Positions 23,058 through 32,282 of a stretch of DNA of 64,000 bases are shown in pieces (positions within the stretch are counted from its first letter, which is position 1; every line of letters starts with the position of its first letter). A model generated the notes under the pieces. That model had not been told where the DNA came from. It saw only the letters and a program-made list of their open reading frames with translations, and made no database searches. This DNA comes from Myxococcota bacterium. GTDB lineage: Bacteria; Myxococcota_A; Polyangia; Nannocystales; Nannocystaceae. Position numbers and translations under genes: made by a program. Location: NCBI GenBank assembly GCA_039028615.1, contig JBCCHT010000021.1, positions 64,001-128,000 of the forward strand. The letters run 5' to 3'.

Positions 23058-23969
23058 ATGAAGAGGGTAGGGGTTATTTCGCTTTTCGGCGCAGTGTGCG
23101 TGTTGGGGGCGTGCACCACCGCGGCCGAGGACGGCTTGCCGGCGGGCTCGGGCCCGATCGCCACGACCGACGCGCAACCGAGCGCGGACGAGGCCACGTT
23201 CGGCGATGTCTCCACGGACGACACGGGCGGCAGTCCACAAGACGACACTGGAGAAGGGGAAGAAGAAGGGGGCTTCGTGCCCGACCCCGACGCGGGCGGC
23301 GCAACGTCGCAGTGTGACCCCTGGGCTCAGGACTGCCCCGATGGCGAGAAGTGTGTCGCCTATCGCTCGCCCGGCGGATCCACCTGGGATTCGAACCGCT
23401 GTGTGCCCGTGGTGGCCAACCCGGGCGCCGCGGGAGACCCGTGCACCGAGACCGGTGCACCGCAGAGCGGCGAGGATGACTGCGACGAGAACTCCGTGTG
23501 CAACTACGTGGTCGAGGGCCAAGGCGTCTGCGTGGCGTTTTGCGAGGGCAGCGCCCAGAACCCGACCTGCAGCGACTCGAACACGTCGTGCAACATCGAC
23601 AACGACGGCACTCGGATCCTCTGCAACCCGCTGTGCGACCCGATCCTCCAGGACTGCCCCGACAACTCGCGCATGACCTGCCTCGTGGCCAACGGCTCCG
23701 AGACGTTCAACTGCGAGCTCGGCTGGGGCGACGGCGGCATCGGGGTGGGTGAGGAGTGCGTGTTCGACAACGCGTGCCTCAACGGCAACCTGTGCATCTT
23801 CGATGCGACCGCCGTGCCCAATTGCCAGGGCGTGGGCTGTTGCACGCCGTACTGCGAAGTCGGCTCGGACACGTGTCCCGACGCCGAGACCGAGTGCGTG
23901 CCGTTTTACGCCGATGGGTCCGCCCCTCCCGCGTATGAGCACGTGGGTGTCTGCCTCATCCCCGAGTAA
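23058..23969 (+). CDS. Cys-rich myxobacterial lipoprotein (CDPWAQDCPDGEKC family)
   Basis: MKRVGVISLFGAVCVLGAC lipobox; CDPWAQDCPDGEKC, CDPILQDC, GCCTPYC, VGVC. Confidence 0.85.
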   Translation: MKRVGVISLFGAVCVLGACTTAAEDGLPAGSGPIATTDAQPSADEATFGDVSTDDTGGSPQDDTGEGEEEGGFVPDPDAGGATSQCDPWAQDCPDGEKCVAYRSPGGSTWDSNRCVPVVANPGAAGDPCTETGAPQSGEDDCDENSVCNYVVEGQGVCVAFCEGSAQNPTCSDSNTSCNIDNDGTRILCNPLCDPILQDCPDNSRMTCLVANGSETFNCELGWGDGGIGVGEECVFDNACLNGNLCIFDATAVPNCQGVGCCTPYCEVGSDTCPDAETECVPFYADGSAPPAYEHVGVCLIPE

Positions 23970-23986
23970 GGGTCGAGTGCGGGCTA

Positions 23987-24023
23987 CATCGCAGCTCCGA
24001 GTCGAACGACTCGGGCTGCGATG
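23987..24023. terminator. long hairpin between convergent genes
   Basis: CATCGCAGCTCCGAGTC-gaac-GACTCGGGCTGCGATG: 16-bp stem with one bulge; no U-tract. Confidence 0.55.
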
Positions 24024-24146
24024 GTGGCCGTGCCCGTGATGGGCTCGGACCGGGTGAGGTCTTGATGCTCACCCAAGACATCCCTCAGGACGAGGAGTCG
24101 TCCTAGCCTCGTGCCGTCGGTCGCCGACGGCAGCGTCGGGCGATTG

Positions 24147-24692
24147 TCACGGCACGGGACGCGACCGCTCGGGGCCGAGCTCTGCCGGCTTCAGCGATTT
24201 CGTGTAGCGGGCGGTCAGCCCGGGGTCGAGACGCCGCGCGGGCTTGGGCCAGCTCTGTTTGCGCGGGTGGAGGGTGACGCTGAGCCGGCGGCCCACCTCC
24301 AGCATCCCGCGAGGCTGCAGGTCGGCGGGGCACGAGACGTAGAGGCCCAGCCGAGGTGGCGGCTCACCGACCCCGAGTACCTCCACCTCGAAGGCTCCGA
24401 CCGAGTGAATTACGCCGCATGGCGAGCCCCCGGGGTCGATGATCTTCGTGACCCTGACGTCCGCCTCGGTGACGGCCGTGGCATCGAACGTCGGCTGCGG
24501 CTCAGGCGGTCGCAGGGGCTCGGCCGTCGGCTTGGCATTGGCGCTCCCGCCCAGCTCCGCCTCTTTCTGGGCATTGGGTGCTCGAGTCGCGGGTGGCGCG
24601 ACTTTGGCCTCTCTCTCGTCTTGGCGCTCGGTTGGGCTGTTGCAGCCGAGCGCCCAGAGCAACGTGAAGACCTCGAGTGCGCCGCGCTTCAT
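24147..24692 (-). CDS. hypothetical lipoprotein
   Basis: LWALGC lipobox, Pro/Ala linker, small beta-rich domain with two Cys. Confidence 0.7.
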   Translation of the reverse strand: MKRGALEVFTLLWALGCNSPTERQDEREAKVAPPATRAPNAQKEAELGGSANAKPTAEPLRPPEPQPTFDATAVTEADVRVTKIIDPGGSPCGVIHSVGAFEVEVLGVGEPPPRLGLYVSCPADLQPRGMLEVGRRLSVTLHPRKQSWPKPARRLDPGLTARYTKSLKPAELGPERSRPVP

Positions 24693-24782
24693 GGGAACAA
24701 CGCTAACGCACCACGCTGCGGCGGGGATCTGGCCGACCGAGGACCTCGGTCTCCGAATCCCGCCGCAGGGGCCTGAGCGCGA

Positions 24783-27617
24783 CTAGAGCTCGCAGGAGGT
24801 CGTCGTGTCGGGCGGGGTATCGGCCACGCACGTGTCGGTGTCGTCGCCTCCGTCGATCACATCCACGCTCGCGCCACCGTCGATGGTGTCGTCGCCGTCC
24901 CCTCCGTCGATCGTGTCGACGTCACCGCTGCCGAAGATGGTGTCCTCTCCATCATCCCCATTCAGAGTGTCCATGCCGCTACCCCCGTAGAGGGTGTCGT
25001 CGTCGTCACCGCCGTTCAACCGATCGTCGCCCGAGTTCCCGAACAGGGTGTCGTCACCATCCCCGCCGTAGACGAAGTCCGGTCCGGCGGTGCCGTAGAA
25101 CTCGTCGTCACCGTCCTCGAGCCACACCCCGACGTTGCCTCCGCCCGCCGAGATGACCACGTCTGCTCCGTCGGTGCCGATGATGCACTCGTCCTGGGGA
25201 TCGATGGTGTAGCTCCCCGAGTAGTCGGGATCGTCCTCGAGCCGGACGATGTTGAACCCCAGGCCGATGTCGTCTCCCTCGCACTCGGTGCAGTCGCACT
25301 CGAAGTCGGTGGTGCGATGCATGTCGACGCAGTTGGTGGCCATCGTGGCCTCGAACGAGCCCTGGCTCGACCAACCGTACAGGCCCTGCAGGGCGTCGTA
25401 GCGCTCGTGGAAATCTTGGAGGTTGCGGCCGTCGGGGCCACACTCGTCCGACTCCCACTCGCGATCGAACGTGCTCCACACCCGCAGGATGTCGTCGTGG
25501 CTGATGTCCGTGCCGCCTTCGTCCCAGATGTCGACGAAGAACTGCGTGGCGCGCCCTTCTCCGAGGAGGTCCCCTTCGGCGCAGGAGCACGCGGTCGTGC
25601 CCGCGCCGCAGGTCCCCACCAGGTCGGAATCACTGGGGGACAGCACGTCGCGCCCGTCGTACTCCATGCCGCTCATGTCGTCGTTCCACCACGCCGCGAC
25701 GGCGAAGTAGTTGGCGTACCCCTCGCTCGTCTGGTGGGTCTCGTTGTTGCCGTCGTCCCAGCGGCTGCCCGTGCACCCCTGAGCGAGCTTGCTGCTGTCC
25801 TTCATCCATCGGCGGTGCATGTTGTGCCCGATCTCGTGCACGGTGCGGAACGGGTTGAGGACGCCGCGGTCGCTCTCCTGGAGGCAGACGTTGTCGTAGT
25901 GGGTGGACCAGTTGCCGCGCTCGGTGGTGACCCGGCACTGATCGTCACTGGCGTTCGAGTTGGTCACCGCGTGGATGACGAACAGGTTGATCTCGTCGTT
26001 GCAGCGGTCATCGGCGCAGGGCTCACAGGGGTCGTCCGAGAAGAACCCGCAGCCGGTCGCCGCCTGCCGCCACGGGGACAGCTCGGGCTTGAGGGTGTCG
26101 AAGGTCTTGATCGTCTCGGCCGCGGAACGGAACGCATGCACGAACTCCTTGTTCCACTCGTACGCCGAGTTCGTACCTCCCGTCTCGTCGGGCTCCAGCG
26201 CGCCCGCGTTGCAGACGACGTGCTCGAGGCCCGACGACGAGCCGGCTTGGTCGGGGCAGGACAGGTTCCAGTTGACGTAGTTCGCCCGACCGAACTCCAG
26301 CGTCGAGTCGTCCGAGCGAAGGAACTTCCGCGCGTCCTCCGGGTCTTCATCGTTCATGCGGATGCAGACCTCGGCCGTGTCTTCGTACGTGACCGAGCCG
26401 TCCCGGTTGGTCATGATCTCGTCGGCCCCGCTACAAAACCACGTCGTCAGGTACAGGTTGGGCCCCTGGGTGGTCAGCGTCGGGATGTTGAAGTAGCCAT
26501 CGCGATTGGTCTGCGCGCACCCCAGGATGTCGTCGGGATCCTCGTCGCCCGCGGCGGACAGCGGGCTTTCGTCGAACTCGCTGTCTCGCTCCATCGCGCA
26601 GACGAACAGAAACGGTACCGGAGCCCATGGGCGGTTGCTGCCGGGGATCTGGCCCAGGTCGTCGACGATCGCGTCCGCCGTACCGCCGCCCGTCCGCGTG
26701 TAGTCGGGCTTGAAGGTCACGTAGCCCTCGACGTGGGTGTCTTCGATCGAGCCGTCGAAGGGCGCCCAGTGAAACGCCCCCGTGCCCGAGACGGAGTCGG
26801 CGACGAGCGTTCCCTGGAAGTTCCCGTTGTCGAAGGCGACATCGGCATGGGGCGCGAGCACGCTGCCCGGGAACGAGAGCCCGGACAGCGAGACATCCTC
26901 GGCGTTCAGGAGGTTCCACAGGATGTCCTGCGGGCCGACCCCGTTCAGGGTGAAGCCGAGGTTCGACAGGTCGAGGTCCCCGTTGACGTTGATCACCACC
27001 GTGGCGTCGTCGGGGACGGAGAGGATGATCGAGTGCGCATTGCCCAGCAGCGATGCATTCACATTGATGACCGCTGGGTCGCCGGAGGCCGCCAGGAACG
27101 TCGCGCCCCACTGCGAGTATGCGTGGCCGTTGGTGGGGAGCGATGCCAGGTGCTCGCTGCGAGCGATCAGCTGAAGGCGAGCGTCGTCGAAGGGGACCGG
27201 ATCCGCGGAGTCGTTGGTGTCGATGAATGCCCCGCCGTTCGCCAGGGTGACGGTCGGCGTGACGTTCCGGGTACCCGCGTAGTAGGCGTCACCGTGCACG
27301 GTGCCGTGCTGCAGGAGCACGTCGTCTCCGGCGACGAGAGCATGCTCGAAGCTGGTCGAGTCGTTGAACGAGAAGTTCCGGGTGTCGATGAGTGAGCCCG
27401 CGGCGACCGGCCCCTGCGAGTGCGGGATGTCGATCAGCTCCTCGAACACGAAGACGTTGAAGTCCTGGGCCGCGCGCAGCCCCTCGGGATGATCGAGGTC
27501 GACCTCACCGAGCCTCGCGCGATGGGGCTCCGCGTCCTCGACCGTGCATGCACCCGTCCCCCCCAGGGCCGCGATGAAAATCGGGCAACCAATGACCCCC
27601 ACTGCGTTCGATCTCAT
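24783..27617 (-). CDS. lipoprotein: choice-of-anchor A (ice-binding-like) domain + gluzincin HExxH domain + RTX Ca-binding repeats
   Basis: DFNVFVF..GPVAAG..VVINVNG..ILWNL..GSVLAPHA..GNFQGTLVA; TVHEIGH and SEGYANYFA; GGDGDDTLxG repeats; start MRSNAV after GAAGG. Confidence 0.82.
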   Translation of the reverse strand: MRSNAVGVIGCPIFIAALGGTGACTVEDAEPHRARLGEVDLDHPEGLRAAQDFNVFVFEELIDIPHSQGPVAAGSLIDTRNFSFNDSTSFEHALVAGDDVLLQHGTVHGDAYYAGTRNVTPTVTLANGGAFIDTNDSADPVPFDDARLQLIARSEHLASLPTNGHAYSQWGATFLAASGDPAVINVNASLLGNAHSIILSVPDDATVVINVNGDLDLSNLGFTLNGVGPQDILWNLLNAEDVSLSGLSFPGSVLAPHADVAFDNGNFQGTLVADSVSGTGAFHWAPFDGSIEDTHVEGYVTFKPDYTRTGGGTADAIVDDLGQIPGSNRPWAPVPFLFVCAMERDSEFDESPLSAAGDEDPDDILGCAQTNRDGYFNIPTLTTQGPNLYLTTWFCSGADEIMTNRDGSVTYEDTAEVCIRMNDEDPEDARKFLRSDDSTLEFGRANYVNWNLSCPDQAGSSSGLEHVVCNAGALEPDETGGTNSAYEWNKEFVHAFRSAAETIKTFDTLKPELSPWRQAATGCGFFSDDPCEPCADDRCNDEINLFVIHAVTNSNASDDQCRVTTERGNWSTHYDNVCLQESDRGVLNPFRTVHEIGHNMHRRWMKDSSKLAQGCTGSRWDDGNNETHQTSEGYANYFAVAAWWNDDMSGMEYDGRDVLSPSDSDLVGTCGAGTTACSCAEGDLLGEGRATQFFVDIWDEGGTDISHDDILRVWSTFDREWESDECGPDGRNLQDFHERYDALQGLYGWSSQGSFEATMATNCVDMHRTTDFECDCTECEGDDIGLGFNIVRLEDDPDYSGSYTIDPQDECIIGTDGADVVISAGGGNVGVWLEDGDDEFYGTAGPDFVYGGDGDDTLFGNSGDDRLNGGDDDDTLYGGSGMDTLNGDDGEDTIFGSGDVDTIDGGDGDDTIDGGASVDVIDGGDDTDTCVADTPPDTTTSCEL

Positions 27618-27661
27618 ATCCGCACCTTCCCGTCGCGACGGCTTCGTCTCTACCGTCACCC

Positions 27662-27690
27662 GGTAGAGAACTCGACGTCCGCGATGTGAC
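27662..27690 (-). promoter_or_regulatory. putative ECF promoter GTCACATC-N13-TCTCTACC
   Basis: Variant of the motif at 57453-57477 and 61124-61148; upstream of ATG 27617. Confidence 0.4.
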
Positions 27691-27961
27691 GACACGCTAA
27701 GGAAAATGGCCGCGCTGATCTACGTGAAGGGGTGGTTCCGGCGACCGGTAGGAACGGAAGCACCCGATCCTCTCCAACGTCATCGAGCGGAGTGCCGCGT
27801 GCCGAAGGCGAGGGCTGGGCGATGACGCTCCGTTCGGGATTGAGCACGGCAACCGCGCTCCATCGCGAGATTGTCCGACCGTCGGTGAATAGAAACTCGC
27901 TCCGTCGGCATACCGACAGTGCGTGCCTGACGAATCGAACCGAACGACCACCGTCCCCTTC

Positions 27962-28357
27962 ATGCTCGTGTCGTCGGTGGTGCTCGTCGTCGCAGGGCTG
28001 GGTTGCGCACCGAAGAGCCCTCCGGCGGCCACGGCTCCCGCTGCGTCCGCTCCAGAGCCTTCCACGGTCGCCGAGCCCGAGAACGCACCGCCCACGCCGG
28101 CTGGTGACGACTTTCCAGATCCGTACCCCAACGCGGGCGAGTTCGACAGCGCTCCGGAGACCTGCCCTGACTACAAAGTTCGACCCGTTCGCGAGGCCTG
28201 CGAGCGAGGGGGCTACGACGCGGTCGAGAGGCTCATGGGCGAAGCGGTGCAGAAGGCCAATGCTGCGGGTGAAGACTACGACTGCGGCACCTGCCACAAC
28301 CTCTACTATCGGATGATCAACGCCGATGCGGCGACGCGGCTGAAGCCCTGGCTCTGA
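27962..28357 (+). CDS. small lipoprotein with single CxxCH (putative c-type cytochrome)
   Basis: VAGLGC lipobox; CGTCHN near the C-terminus; extra Cys pair and a candidate Met ligand. Confidence 0.7.
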   Translation: MLVSSVVLVVAGLGCAPKSPPAATAPAASAPEPSTVAEPENAPPTPAGDDFPDPYPNAGEFDSAPETCPDYKVRPVREACERGGYDAVERLMGEAVQKANAAGEDYDCGTCHNLYYRMINADAATRLKPWL

Positions 28358-28414
28358 CGGGAGCCCACCGGGCCCCCTCGCCGAGTTCGTCGTGGCGGCA
28401 CGGGTTGGTCGGTC

Positions 28415-29002
28415 TCAGCCCTGACGCGGGTTGAAGCGGATGCGATAGACCTCGACTCCGTCGGGCGCCGCGGTCAGGAGTTTCTCCGCCGCATCGCTCC
28501 ACGGGTGGAACGCCACGCTCTTGCCGACGTAGCCTTTGTTGGTGCCGTCTTCGGCGAAGGCGGTTCGAAGCAAAGGCGCCGACTCGAGGGGGTCGTCGGA
28601 CGCGATGACGAGCGCGTAGTCGGTGTCCGTGTCGACCTCGAGGGTGTGGTCGAGCGCGGGGAAGAAGTGCCCGTCCGACAGGGACTCCATCGACGCATCG
28701 CGCCGGGGTCGGACCTTCACGAAACGTGGGTCGTTCAGGAACGACTCGAAGGCCTGCACGGCGGGCCACCGACCCATCGCCCCCATTGCGGGAACTGCGC
28801 TGGTGACGTTGGTGGCGAGGATCGCGAAGCTCGCCAGTTGGCTCTGCCCGAACTCGTTCAGCGCCGGTCGAATCGCGGGAAAGTACTCGCCGAACATCCA
28901 GGCTTCCGTACCCGGAACGACCTTCCCCAGGGCGAATTCCACGCGAAAATCGCTGCTGATGGTGATTTGGAGGGTGTTTTGGGCTTTCGCTGCGCTGTTC
29001 AT
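28415..29002 (-). CDS. hypothetical protein, possible DUF1330-like alpha/beta barrel
   Basis: EYFPAIRPALNEFG...WPAVQAFESFLNDPRF pattern; GAGGG RBS; divergent from LysR. Confidence 0.6.
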   Translation of the reverse strand: MNSAAKAQNTLQITISSDFRVEFALGKVVPGTEAWMFGEYFPAIRPALNEFGQSQLASFAILATNVTSAVPAMGAMGRWPAVQAFESFLNDPRFVKVRPRRDASMESLSDGHFFPALDHTLEVDTDTDYALVIASDDPLESAPLLRTAFAEDGTNKGYVGKSVAFHPWSDAAEKLLTAAPDGVEVYRIRFNPRQG

Positions 29003-29086
29003 GCCCTCAACCTAGTTGGTCGATATCCGGTTGAAAATAGAAGCTTTCGGAACTCTTCGGTGCAAAAATAGACCGCGAGCGAGCCC

Positions 29087-29977
29087 ATGGTCGATCTCGA
29101 TTGGAACGACATCCGCGTGTTCTTGGCGCTGTTTAGGGCGCGCACGGTTCGGGCCGCGGCGGCGTCGCTGGGCATGAGCCACTCGACGGTCTCTCGGCAC
29201 CTGACCGCGCTCGAGACCAACCTGGGCGGCACCTTGTTCACGCGCTCGCGCGACGGCCTGGTGGCGACGGCCATGGCCGAGCGGATCCTCGAGCGCGCGC
29301 AGACCATCGAAGACGAGATGCTCAGCTTGCGGCGAGACGCGACCTCGCTCGAGACGGTCTTGAGCGGAGAGGTCCGCGTGGCGGTCTCGCCCGGCATCAG
29401 CCAGTTTCTGTTGATGCCCTACTTCGCCGAGTTCACCCGCGAGCATCCGGGCGTCGAGCTGGCCATCGCATCGAGCAACACCATCGTCGACTTGATGCGC
29501 GGGGCGTGTGACGTGGCCATTCGCTCGCAAGACCACCCCGATGAGAACCTCGTGGGGCGACGGCTGCCCACCGTCACCGACTACGCCTACGCCTCGCCCG
29601 AGTATCTGGCCGAGCACGAGTTCGATGGCGAATCCACGACCGCGACGTGGATCGGCCGCGGTCACGGCAAGCGGGGCAACCAGTGGGTGAAGAGCACGCC
29701 CTTTCCCGAGGCCGGCGTGCGCCACGAGATGCCCGATCCCCTCGACCAGCTTCACGCCGCGATCGCGGGCATGGGGATGACCATCTTGCCGGGGTTCATC
29801 GCCAGCCGCTTCGATGGGCTGGTCCGAATCCCGGGGACGGGCCCGGTCGGCTCGCGACCGGTGTGGGCGCTGACCCATCCCGACTTGCGCACGGCGGTAC
29901 GGATTCGGACCTTCGTGAGCTACTTGGCCACGGTGCTCGCCGAGCACGAGCCCGAGCTCACTGGCCCTGCGAGCTGA
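29087..29977 (+). CDS. LysR-family transcriptional regulator
   Basis: DWNDIRVFLAL..AAAASLGMSHSTVSRHLTALE..LFTR; CDVAIR. Confidence 0.95.
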   Translation: MVDLDWNDIRVFLALFRARTVRAAAASLGMSHSTVSRHLTALETNLGGTLFTRSRDGLVATAMAERILERAQTIEDEMLSLRRDATSLETVLSGEVRVAVSPGISQFLLMPYFAEFTREHPGVELAIASSNTIVDLMRGACDVAIRSQDHPDENLVGRRLPTVTDYAYASPEYLAEHEFDGESTTATWIGRGHGKRGNQWVKSTPFPEAGVRHEMPDPLDQLHAAIAGMGMTILPGFIASRFDGLVRIPGTGPVGSRPVWALTHPDLRTAVRIRTFVSYLATVLAEHEPELTGPAS

Positions 29978-30019
29978 CGGGGGTAGACCGAAGCGGGGCT
30001 CGACCCTGCCCGGGTGCCC

Positions 30020-32200
30020 TCAGTACAGGTACACCGCGCCCGCGTGATAGGCCGAGTCGTCGGACTGCGCTCCGCCGACGCCGATGGCTGCACTCTGCTC
30101 GAAGGGCGCACCCACGGCCAGCGTGTGTCCGTCCCCGGTGAGGGCGACGCTCCGCCCGAAGTCGTCGAGCGAGTCCGTGTTGGACGCCTTGACGTAGCTG
30201 CGCTCCAGCCATTGCTCCGTGGTGGCATCGAAGCCATAGACGTAGACGGCCCCCGCGTCGATGGCCGAGTCGTCTCTTGGGTCGCCATCGAGCCCCATCG
30301 AGGCGCCGTCGTCCAGGTACGCACCCGCGGCGAGGGTCTGGCCATCCGAGCTCAGCGCGAGGCCATACCCGAACGCACCGTAGCTCGCGGCAGGCGGCGG
30401 CTCGATGTCGGCTTGGTGGGCCCACTGCTGCGTCGCCGGGTCCCGGGTGTACAGGTAGACCGTCTCGGCGTTCAGCTCGGGCGCGCTCACGGCCAGCGTG
30501 TGGCCGTCGCCGCTGAGGCTCACCGCATGACCGAAGTGCTCGTCTTCGTTGGTATCCGAGGCCTTGACGTACGCGTGCTGCGACCACGCGGCGCCGTCTC
30601 GCCCGAACACGTAGACCGCCCCCGCGTTCTCGGCCGAGTCGTCCTGCTGATCGCCGTCGATGCCGACGGCTCCGCCGTCCTCGTAGTAGGCGCCCACCGC
30701 CATGGTGTCGCCATCGGCACTGAGGGCCACGCTGTTGCCGAAGTAGTCGCTCGAGCCGTTGTTCGAGGCCTTGACGTAGGCCTGGAGCGACCACGTCGAG
30801 TCGCTTCGCGTGTAGACGTAGACCGCTCCCGACGCGGACGAGCTCAGGTCGGTGTCGTCTCCGTCGATGCCCGTACTGGCGCCGTCTTCGAACGGAGCAC
30901 CGACCGCGAGGGTGTCTCCGTCCTGGCTGAGTGCCATACCGAAGCCGAAGTAGTTGAGCCACCCCGGGTTGGAGGCTTTGACGTAGGCTTCCTGGGACCA
31001 CTGCATCGTCGCCGGATCGCGCGTGTAGACGTACACGGCCCCCGCGCTGGCGAGGGCGCCGGAGTCCTCGTTCCCGTTGACTCCCGGTGCGTCGCCGTCC
31101 TCGTGCCCCGCCGCCACGGCCAGGGTGTTGCCGTCGGCGCTCAGAGCCACGCGCTCGCCGAACCCATCGCCCAGGCCCGTGTTCGACGCCTTGATGTAGG
31201 CCGGCGCCGACCATTGCCCGGTCGCTGGGTCTCGCGTGTAGACGTAGACGGCTCCCGCGTCATCGGTGGAGTCGTCGAGCGGGTTGGCGTCGACGCCCGT
31301 GCCTCCGCTCTGCTCGAGACGAGCACCGACCGCGAGGGTGTTGCCATCGGCACTCAGTGCGACGTGGTCGCCGAATTCGTCCTCGGCGCCCGTGTTGGAG
31401 GCCTTGACGTAGCCCACCGCCTCCGCGAGCGAGCTGTTCACGTCGGTGACCGCGGACGGGTTGCAGCCCCATGTGTTGCACGCTTGCAGACGATAGCCAG
31501 CGCGAGAGCGCAGGTGCAGGGGCATCTCGATCGAGATCGAGGTGCCGGAGGCCGGCTCCGCCAGGGGAGCGAAGGCCTCGGTCGGTGAGAGCCTCTGCTC
31601 GAGCTGAACGTAGTCGGCGTCGGCGATCGCGGGCCAGCTGAAGTCGAAGCGCTTGATCGCCGAGAAGTTCAGCTCGAGCCCTGGGTCGCCCGGTGCGAAG
31701 CCACAACCCGCGGTGTCCACGGTGCACGTGTCCAGGCAGGCGAGCTCGCCACCATCGAAGCCGGCCGCCTCGCAATCGAGCCCTCCGAGCTCGGTTTCGT
31801 CGCATTCTTCGGCCGCCATCGGGTTGAGGACGCCGTCGCCACACTCCGCGGGCGTACAGTCGTCGTCGCATTCGGGGGAGGCTCCTCCCGCGTCGCATGT
31901 TTCGCCCGCCTCGGTGTTGAGCACCGCGTCGCCGCACTCGGCCGGCGTGCAGTCGGCATCGCAGGTCGCCGAGGGCCCGGCGTCGTCGCAGGCCTCGCCT
32001 TCATCCACGATGCCGTCGCCGCATCGAGGTTCGGCCACCATCCCGTCGGACGACGGCTCCTCAGCGCTGCCGTCACCGGTACTGTCGCCCGCGGATCCCT
32101 CATCATCATCGACCACGGGGGTGGTCGGGTCGGTGCAACTCGGTGTCGCCGCCATCAGCACCGCGAGCACCGAAATCTTCGACGTAAGCCAGATTTTCAT
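30020..32200 (-). CDS. lipoprotein with myxobacterial Cys-rich repeats and seven FG-GAP (integrin-alpha-like) repeats
   Basis: CGDGIVDEGEACDD repeats; seven (YVKASN)..FG..VALSxDGxTLAVGA..AGAVYVY blades, the sixth degenerate. Confidence 0.9.
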   Translation of the reverse strand: MKIWLTSKISVLAVLMAATPSCTDPTTPVVDDDEGSAGDSTGDGSAEEPSSDGMVAEPRCGDGIVDEGEACDDAGPSATCDADCTPAECGDAVLNTEAGETCDAGGASPECDDDCTPAECGDGVLNPMAAEECDETELGGLDCEAAGFDGGELACLDTCTVDTAGCGFAPGDPGLELNFSAIKRFDFSWPAIADADYVQLEQRLSPTEAFAPLAEPASGTSISIEMPLHLRSRAGYRLQACNTWGCNPSAVTDVNSSLAEAVGYVKASNTGAEDEFGDHVALSADGNTLAVGARLEQSGGTGVDANPLDDSTDDAGAVYVYTRDPATGQWSAPAYIKASNTGLGDGFGERVALSADGNTLAVAAGHEDGDAPGVNGNEDSGALASAGAVYVYTRDPATMQWSQEAYVKASNPGWLNYFGFGMALSQDGDTLAVGAPFEDGASTGIDGDDTDLSSSASGAVYVYTRSDSTWSLQAYVKASNNGSSDYFGNSVALSADGDTMAVGAYYEDGGAVGIDGDQQDDSAENAGAVYVFGRDGAAWSQHAYVKASDTNEDEHFGHAVSLSGDGHTLAVSAPELNAETVYLYTRDPATQQWAHQADIEPPPAASYGAFGYGLALSSDGQTLAAGAYLDDGASMGLDGDPRDDSAIDAGAVYVYGFDATTEQWLERSYVKASNTDSLDDFGRSVALTGDGHTLAVGAPFEQSAAIGVGGAQSDDSAYHAGAVYLY

Positions 32201-32224
32201 GTCGAGAGAGTCTTTGCATCGGGT

Positions 32225-32251
32225 AGTGCCTTTTCTGTCGCGGACGATCAC
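32225..32251 (-). promoter_or_regulatory. putative ECF promoter GTGATCG-N14-GGCACT
   Basis: 24 nt upstream of ATG 32200; same -35-like box and spacing as 19531/22997. Confidence 0.4.
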
Positions 32252-32282
32252 GACCCACGCGGTTTTTTGGCAGTGGGGCCGC

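Noticed and set aside
23058..23969. Enzyme label (ribulose-phosphate epimerase) I recall being attached to this family
   Set aside because: The sequence is a Cys-rich lipoprotein with no TIM-barrel epimerase motifs.
24052..24079. H-type pseudoknot (GTCTT/AAGAC with GGGTGAG/CTCACCC)
   Set aside because: Zero-length connecting loops make simultaneous pairing implausible.
30020..31420. Regularly spaced nucleotide repeats resembling an array
   Set aside because: They are coding FG-GAP repeats; likewise the lectin repeats at 50469-51262. No CRISPR repeat-spacer structure or cas genes.
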